Assembly (NCBI GenBank): GCA_002269645.1
Contig: NIVC01002361.1
Coordinates: forward strand, 1-27,479
Direction: 5' to 3'
DNA length: 27,479 bases
Source: Macrostomum lignano
Lineage: Eukaryota
Each line of letters begins with the position of its first letter. Position 1 is the stretch's first letter. Positions 20,670 to 27,479 of the stretch are shown here, piece after piece. Both the position numbers and the translations under genes were made by a program. Under the pieces are notes generated by a model. That model ran no database searches. It saw nothing but the letters and a program-made list of their open reading frames with translations, and was not told the DNA's origin.

Positions 20670-21510
20670 ATTATCTCACTTCCGGTTCTTTATTACTTGT
20701 ATTTTTCAGCGAATTGTCTTACTCCCGGTCTCTATTATCCATATTTTTAGTGGATTATCTCACTTCCGGTCTCTATTATCCATATTTTTAGTGGATTATC
20801 GCACTCCCGGTCTCAATTATCCATATTTTTCAGTGGATTATCTCACTTCCGGTCTCTATTATCCATATTTTTCAGTGGATTATCTCACTTCCGGTCTCTA
20901 TTATCTATATTTTTCAGTGGATTATCTCACTTCCGGTTTCAATTATCCATATTTTCAGTTGATTGTCTCACTCCCGGTCTCTATTATCCATATTTTTAGT
21001 GGATTATCTCACTTCCGGTCTCTATTATCCATATTTTAGTGGATTATCGCACTCCCGGTCTCAATTATCCATATTTTTCAGTGGATTATCTCACTTCCGG
21101 TCTCTATTATCTATATTTTTCAGTGGATTATCTCACTCCCGGTCTCTATTATCCATATTTTTCAGTGGATTATCTCACTTCCGGTCTCTATTATCTATAT
21201 TTTTCAGTGGATTATCTCACTCCCGGTCTCTATTATCCATATTTTTCAGTGGATTATCTCACTTCCGGTTTCAATTATCCATATTTTCAGTGGATTATCT
21301 CACTCCCGGTCTCTATTATCTATATTTTTCAGTGGATTATCTCACTCCCGGTCTCTATTATCCATATTTTTCAGTGGATTATCTCACTCCCGGTCTCTAT
21401 TATCCATATTTTTCAGTGGATTATCTCACTTCCGGTCTTAATTATCCATATTTTCAGTGGATTATCTCACTCCCGGTCTCAACTATCCATATTTTTGAGC
21501 AGATTATCTC
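20670..21510 (+). repeat. 41-42-bp minisatellite in intron 3; it resumes at 23011-23120 after the LINE
   Basis: Unit GTGGATTATCTCACTTCCGGTCTCTATTATCCATATTTTTCA. Confidence 0.95.
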
Positions 21511-23010
21511 TGACTTACTTACTTGACTTAGCTGCAGGACAGTCCGAAGACGCAGCGGGAAGGCGAGAGTCGCCCATTCCGCTAAACCCTGGTGACCCGC
21601 TTCGGCAATGGTGCGGGGCCGGTCAGGGTGGTCCGCCAGTACGTGCTGCAGCATTCTCTTCGTTTGGGAAGAAAGAGGCTCCTCTAGTTGCCCGAAGGGA
21701 CCGGACGAGCCGTAAGATGTTCTCAGGTCTACAAACGTCATCAATAGATAGTTTTGGACCGATGTAGTTTAGCCGGTTCCTGGTAAAGAACGGGAATTGA
21801 CAAACGAAATGCTGAGCGTCTTCGTTGTCGTAATCGCAAAATGGGCACAGAAAGCAGTGCCTAGCGAAGCAGCCATGCCCCGTGAGGGTCATAGCAAGAG
21901 CCCGGATGTCCTTCCTGCTTTGGTTCAGGAGGACAGTTCGGAGCTTTCGGGATGGACGAGGGACCGCCGCACGCGATTGGCGGCAGGTAGTGAGGTTCAT
22001 CCATCTGTCCCTGTGCAGGGCGGAGGCCCAGGCATCAATGCTACGAATGATGGTGGCCGCAGGGATTGGAGCCAAGGGCAGAGGTCCCTGAAGGGAGCCG
22101 CCGCTCCCTTGCTTTGCTAGCGAGTCGGCTAGCTCGTTTCCAGGGATCCATTTGAGCAGGACAGCATTTCTGCGTCCCAGCGTATTGAGCAAGAGCTAAT
22201 AGCAAGGACCTCGTTCTGGAAGACAGTAGAGAGTTTTCGAGTGTGCTGGGCATACGTGGCGAGCACGCGGCCATTGATAAGAATGCAGACCCCAAAGCCG
22301 GAGAGACCGTCTTTTAGGGATCCGTCATTGTAGCAGTGGACCTCCTGGGGATTCCAGTGGTCGTTAGCCTCCTCTCGGGGAGGAAGACTGACCTTGAATC
22401 GAAGACAGAGGTTGAGCGTGCGGGGTTCCCCGTCCGAAACGACGTTGATACCACCACTCTCCTGCAAATCTCTGAGACAGAGGTCGGAGTGAGGCAGAAG
22501 CTTGCGCTTAGCCATTGCCCTCTGGGGCTTGAGAGTAATGCCGGTGTTGATAAGACGCCGGGCAGCCTTGGCCGCCTCACTGCGGACGAAAATTTCCAGC
22601 GGAGGCAGGTCAAGGAAGGCGTTGAGGCCGTCGAATGGAGCAGAGGGCGGGGCGCTCATTATCATTCGACATGCACACCCCTGCACTCGTTTAAGAGCCT
22701 CGAAGCAGGTCTTAATCTTAAGGGCACTCGCCCAGATCACTCCGGCGTAGGAGATCGCCGGCCTGACCATAGCAGTGTAGATCCACCAGAGGCGTTTGGG
22801 GGTAAGGCCCCAAGTAGTGCCAACCGCCCTGCGCAGTTGCGCCAGGATCGCGAAGGCCTTTTTAGTCTTGGCATAAAAATACGGGGACCAGTTCAGCCTG
22901 TGATCAAGGGTGACCCCAAGACACTTGACTTGCTTACGGAAGGGGATTTCCTGTCCGTAGAGCGTGAGATGGCGGAATTGCCATTTCGTCCTGCTGGTGA
23001 ACATGACCAC
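21511..23010 (-). mobile_element. 5'-truncated, internally deleted non-LTR retrotransposon (I group, R1/LOA-like) with RT C-terminus, RNase H and CCHC finger
   Basis: Minus-strand ORFs: VKCLGVTLDHRLNW...TWGLTPKRLWWIYTAMVRPAISYAGVIW (RT thumb); CYNDGSLKDGLSGFG...TVFQNEVLAI and KWIPGNELADSLAK (RNase H, middle deleted); LTGHG...CPFCDYDNEDAQHFVCQ (decayed zinc knuckle). The 3' tail is (TAAG)n-like at 21511-21531. Confidence 0.92.
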
Positions 23011-23143
23011 AGCGGTCTTATCTCACTTCCCGTCTCAATAGTCCATATTTTGTCAGCGGATTATTTCACTTCCGTTTTTTAATTATCCATGTCTATCCGT
23101 GGATTATCTTATTTCCAGTTCTCAAAATCCGATTTTATCGCAG

Positions 23144-23461
23144 GCCTCATCAGACGCGGACGCCAAGAACCAGTCGCAGATCAACGACTCCCTATTGTCA
23201 GTCGGGCAGGCTGACGACAATGAAAATGTCGACCCGGCTATCGCGCACGATCTGGACGATGACGCCGATTTGAACAATTTCGGCGACGACAACGCGGCCG
23301 CTTACGACGCGGATCAGCAGCAGGACCCTGTCGGCGGACTGACGGCAGTTGATCAGCCATTTGCCGATGCCTTCACGCAGGCTGTGGGGCAGGCTACTCA
23401 ACTGCCGTTGTCTCAGGTGCCTGGATCGCAGCAGCTGCAGCCGATGCAGGCCCCCTATAAG
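23144..23461 (+). CDS. NCAPH: CAP-H exon 4
   Basis: Acceptor CAG at 23141-23143, phase 0. Acidic linker ending LQPMQAPYK, equivalent to CAP-H LVAEPQK. Donor AAG|GTGCGA at 23461/23462. Confidence 0.85.
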
Positions 23462-23514
23462 GTGCGATTTTGTTCAAACATTCAGTCTTCTAAGTTCCTA
23501 GGATGTTCCGTCAT

Positions 23515-24570
23515 CCTTAGATCCCAGAGTGTCCTCAGATCCCAGAGTGTTCTCAGATTCCAGAGTGTCCTCAGATCCCAGAGTGTCCTCAGATTCCAGA
23601 GTGTTCTCAGATCCCATAGTGTCTCAGATCCCAGAGTGTCCTCAGATCCAGAGTGTCCTCAGATCCCAGAGTGTCCTCAGATCCCAGAGTGTCCTCAGAT
23701 CCCAGAGTGTTCTCAGATCCCATAGTGTCCTCAGATCCCAGAGTGTCCTCAGATCCCAGAGTGTCCTCAGATCCCAGAGTGTCCTCAGATCCCAGAGTGT
23801 CCTCAGATCCCAGAGTGTCCTCAGATCCCAGAGTGTCCTCAGATCCCAGAGTGTCCTCAGATCCAGAGTGTTCTCAGATCCCAGAGTGTCCTCAGATCCC
23901 AGAGTGTCCTCAGATCCCATAGTGTCCTTAGATCCCAGAGTGTTCTCAGATCCCAGAGTGTCCTCAGATTCCAGAGTGTCCTCAGATCCATAGTGTCCTC
24001 AGATCCCATAGTGTCCTCAGATCCCATAGTGTCCTCAGATCACAGAGTGTCCTCAGATCCCATAGTGTCCTCAGATCCCAGAGTGTCCTCAGATCCCATA
24101 GTGTCCTCAGATCCCATAGTGTCCTCAGATCCCAGAGTGTCCTCAGATCACAGAGTGTCCTCAGATCCCATAGTGTCCTCAGATCACAGAGTGTCCTCAG
24201 ATTCAGATGTTCTCAGATCCCAGTGTCCTCAGATCCCAGAGTGTCCTTAGAGTGTCCTCAGATCCCATAGTCCTCAGATCAGAGAGATCCAGTGTCCTCA
24301 GATCCCAGAGTGTTCTCAGATCCCATAGTGTCCTCAGATCCCAGTGTCCTCAGATCCCAAGTGTCCTTAGATCCCAGAGTGTCTCAGATCCCAGAGTGTC
24401 CTCAGATCCAGAGTGTCCTCAGATCCCAGGTCCTCAGATGTGGATCCCATAGTGTCCTCAGATCACAGAGTGTCCTCAGATCCCAGAGTCCTCAGATCCT
24501 AGTGTCCTCAGATCCCAGAGTGTCCTCAGATCCAGACCTCAGATCACAGTCAGATCCCTCAGATCCCAAG
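23515..24570 (+). repeat. 18-bp minisatellite in intron 4
   Basis: Unit GTGTCCTCAGATCCCAGA; becomes irregular after ~24200. Confidence 0.95.
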
Positions 24571-24800
24571 AGATGACGATAATGTCCTCAGACAAGATGT
24601 CAATCCCAGAGTTGTCCTTAAACAAAGATCCCAGATTGTTGACAATTGCCGCAAAGTGGCGCAACCACTGCCTCAGATCTGTCTGTGTCTAGATGAGTGT
24701 CTGTTGTACCTGGCTAATGAGAAGGTTAGTATTGATTGCATGTGTTTTCTTCTACTGTAAGTAGTATACAAGACTAACAAACGCATCTCACTTCCGGTCT
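24571..24800 (+). pseudogene. Corrupted duplicate of the 3' part of CAP-H exon 5 and its donor (probably an assembly artefact)
   Basis: 24690-24800 differs by about one base from 25365-25470 (...CTGGCTAATGAGAAG|GTTAGT...). Towards 24571 the sequence becomes a mosaic of exon 5 and the 18-bp repeat. Confidence 0.75.
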
Positions 24801-25135
24801 CAATCATCCATATTTTCGGCGGATTATCTCACTTCCGGTCTCAATCATCCATATTTTGAGCGGATTATCTCACTTCCGGTCTCAATCATCCATATTTTCG
24901 GCGGATTATCTCACTTCCGGTCTCAATCATCCATATTTTCGGCGGATTATCTCACTTCCGGTCTCAATCATCCATATTTTCGGCGGATTATCTCACTTCC
25001 GGTCTCAATCATCCATATTTTCGGCGGATTATCTCACTTCCGGTCTCAATCATCCATATTTTCGGCGGATTATCTCACTTCCGGTCTCAATCATCCATAT
25101 TTTGAGCGGATTATCTCACTTCCGGTCTCAATCAT
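24785..25135 (+). repeat. 41-bp minisatellite (same family as intron 3); further degenerate copies at 25450-25720
   Basis: Unit GCGGATTATCTCACTTCCGGTCTCAATCATCCATATTTTCG. Confidence 0.95.
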
Positions 25136-25136
25136 A

Positions 25137-25393
25137 GAAACTGACGGCGGTCCCGCCTCTGCTGTCACAGCCATGGAAGTGTGCAGCCAGGACGACTCTT
25201 CAACTCGTCGAAACAGTCAAGAAGATGACGAAATTGTTGGCAACAACGATGCAAATAATGAGGCATTGTTAATGGCGAAAGATCATTTGCCAGATTGTTG
25301 CAACAATTGCCGCCGAAAGTTGGCGCAACCACTGCTCAGGATCTGTCTGTGTCTATTGTATTCAGCTGTCTGTTGTACCTGGCTAATGAGAAG
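25137..25393 (+). CDS. NCAPH: CAP-H exon 5, 3' part only, with an apparent 1-nt frameshift near 25263
   Basis: 25262-25393 reads GIVNGERSFARLLQQLPPKVGATTAQDLSVSIVFSCLLYLANEK, matching the CAP-H C-terminal motif LSIPLAFACLLHLANEK, followed by donor GTTAGT (25394). That frame is closed by TGA at 25259-25261. The upstream linker (ETDGG...NNE) is in another frame, and no valid acceptor precedes it. Confidence 0.8.
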
Positions 25394-25740
25394 GTTAGTA
25401 TTGATTGCATGTGTTTTATTCTACTGTAAGTAGTATACAAGACTAACAAACGCATCTCACTTCCGGTCTCAATAATCCATATTTTCGGCGGATTATCTCA
25501 CTTCCGGTCTTAATTATCCATATTTCTCAGCTTATTATCTCACTTCCGGTCTTAATCACCAATACTTGGAGCGGATTATCTCACTTCCAATCTTAATCAT
25601 CCATATTTTGAGTGGATTATCTTACTTCCGGTCTCAATTATCCATATTTTTCAGCGGATTATCTCACTTCAGTTTTTTAATTATCCATGTCTTACCGTGT
25701 ACTATCTTATTTCCAGTTCTCAAAATCCGATTTCATCGCG

Positions 25741-25975
25741 TGTCCTCAGATCCCAGAGTGTCCTCAGATCCCAGAGTGTCCTCAGATCCCAGAGTGTCGT
25801 CAGATCCCAGAGTGTCGTCAGATCCCAGAGTGTCCTCAGATCCCAGAGTGTCGTCAGATCCCAGTTTCCTCAGATCCCAGTGTCCTCAGACCCCAGTGTC
25901 CTCAGATCCCAGTGTCCTCAGACCCCAGTGTCCTCAGATCCCAGTGTCCTCAGATCCCAGTGTCCTCAGATCCCA
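25741..25975 (+). repeat. 16-18-bp minisatellite in the last intron (same family as intron 4)
   Basis: Units GTGTC(C/G)TCAGATCCCAGA and GTGTCCTCAGATCCCA. Confidence 0.95.
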
Positions 25976-26005
25976 AACAAATAAAAACATTATTCCATTT
26001 GCCAG

Positions 26006-26218
26006 ACCCTGCACCTAACTAGCAGTGAGAACCTGTCGGACATGAGCATAACACACGGCCTGCCAAAACACGAAGTCGATCTCAGAGTGGCTTTAAACCC
26101 GCGATTGAAACAACAGCAGCAACAACAACAATCGAGCGAGCAGGCAAAACGCAAGCGTCGAGACACCATCCAGGAGCTGTGGGGGCGGACAGCGATGAAG
26201 ACGAGGATTTGTAATTAA
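26006..26218 (+). CDS. NCAPH: CAP-H exon 6 (last coding exon)
   Basis: Acceptor CAG at 26003-26005, phase 0. TLHLTSSENLSDMSITHG matches the CAP-H end NLKLEGTEDLSDVLVRQG. The frame continues to TAA at 26216-26218. Not present in the supplied ORF track. Confidence 0.85.
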   Translation, partial: TLHLTSSENLSDMSITHGLPKHEVDLRVALNPRLKQQQQQQQSSEQAKRKRRDTIQELWGRTAMKTRICN

Positions 26219-26462
26219 AATGTAATATTATATCACTGACTATTGTTATTCTAGTTTTTTTCCAGTTTTTTCTCATTTATTCTGGTGCATGTAGCTGGTA
26301 TTTTTGCACTATACTCATCATTGTATATTTCATAGGGAAGTGTTTTTTGTATTTATGGACTGGCATGGAATATATATCTGTTTACCTTGTTTATCGTCTT
26401 GTGTTGTTCTGTACAATATCTTTTTTGTGTGTATTTCCCTGTCTAACTCTTCAAATTAAGAT

Positions 26463-27479
26463 GGTGAGGTCATTACCAACCCAATGACCATTAGGTGAGG
26501 TCATTACCAACCCAATGACCATTAGGCGAGGTCATTACCAACCCAATGACCATTAGGCGAGGTCATTACCAACCCAATGACCATTAGGTGAGATCATTAC
26601 CATCCCAATGACCATTAGGTGAGGTCATTACCATCCCAATGACCATTAGGCGAGGTCATTACCAACCCAATGACCATTAGGCGAGGTCATTACCAACCCA
26701 ATGACCATTAGGTGAGATCATTACCAACCCAATGACCATTAGGCGAGGTCATTACCAACCCAATGACCATTAGGTGAGATCATTACCATCCCAATGACCA
26801 TTAGGTGAGGTCATTACCATCCCAATGACCATTAGGCGAGGTCATTACCAACCAATGACCATTAGGCGAGGTCATTACCAACCCAATGACCATTAGGTGA
26901 GATCATTACCAACCCAATGACCATTAGGCGAGGTCATTACCAACCCAATGACCATTAGGTGAGATCATTACCACCCGAATGACCATTAGGTGAGATCATT
27001 ACCACCCGAATGACCATTAGGTAAGGTCATTACCACCCGAATGCCATTAGGCGAGGTCATTACCATCCAATGACCATTAGGCGAGGTCATTACCATCCCA
27101 ATGACCATTAGGCGAGGTCATTACCATCCCAATGACCATTAGGCGAGGTCATTACCAACCCAATGACCATTAGGTGAGATCATTACCACCCGAATGACCA
27201 TTAGGTGAGATCATTACCACCCGAATGACCATTAGGTGAGATCATTACCACCCGAATGACCATTAGGTAAAGTCATTACCACATCCCAATGACCATTAGG
27301 CGAGGTCATTACCATCCCAATGACCATTAGGCGAGGTCATTACCATCCCAATGACCATTAGGCGAGGTCATTACCAACCAATGACCATTAGGTGAGATCA
27401 TTACCACCCGAATGACCATTAGGTGAGATCATTACCACCCGAATGACCATTAGGTGAGATCATTACCACCCGAATGACC
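26463..27479 (+). repeat. 31-bp minisatellite, running off the window end
   Basis: Unit GG(T/C)GAGGTCATTACCA(A/T)CCCAATGACCATTA, about 33 copies, no unique spacers. Confidence 0.97.

Noticed and set aside
22314-23082. Plus-strand ORFs 22336-23082, 22502-22750 and 21797-22120
   Set aside because: They are antisense shadows of the LINE ORF2 remnant.
25261-25263. GAG acceptor that would make 25263-25393 a separate small exon and avoid the frameshift
   Set aside because: GAG acceptors are rare, there is no branch or pyrimidine signal, the phase (1) is incompatible with the phase-0 donor of exon 4, and the conserved YAK/DMK segment would still be missing.
25173-25433. ORF-track protein MEVCSQ...FYCK as the true exon 5 frame
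   Set aside because: The conserved LLYLANEK motif and the GTTAGT donor are in a different frame; only the part before ~25262 is plausible in this frame.
26463-27479. CRISPR-like array (palindromic ~31-bp repeats)
   Set aside because: The units are contiguous with no unique spacers, there are no cas genes, and the context is a spliced eukaryotic gene.

Overview
This is eukaryotic (invertebrate animal, probably bilaterian) genomic DNA, not prokaryotic. The one host gene is on the + strand and encodes condensin I kleisin (CAP-H / NCAPH / Barren / Brn1). Six exons are recognisable: 13566-13895, 14616-15532, 20089-20647, 23144-23461, a damaged exon 5 visible at ~25137-25393, and 26006-26218. Exon 5 lacks its 5' half, carries a 1-nt frameshift and has a chimeric duplicate upstream, most likely a local mis-assembly. 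Almost everything else is transposon or tandem repeat. Upstream: a 3.6-kb defective CMC/EnSpm-type DNA transposon with a decayed transposase and unusual ends, a three-level nest of non-autonomous DNA elements, a 187-bp palindrome, and a head-to-tail dimer of non-autonomous Helitrons each carrying two minisatellites. In the introns: two inverted CORE-type tRNA SINEs, a third Helitron inserted in a SINE tail, a 5'-truncated RNase H-bearing LINE, and minisatellites of 28, 24, 41-42 and 18 bp. A 31-bp array lies downstream of the gene. Most ORFs in the supplied track are artefacts of tandem repeats. All calls come from reading the sequence and from recalled family motifs; no database search was run.
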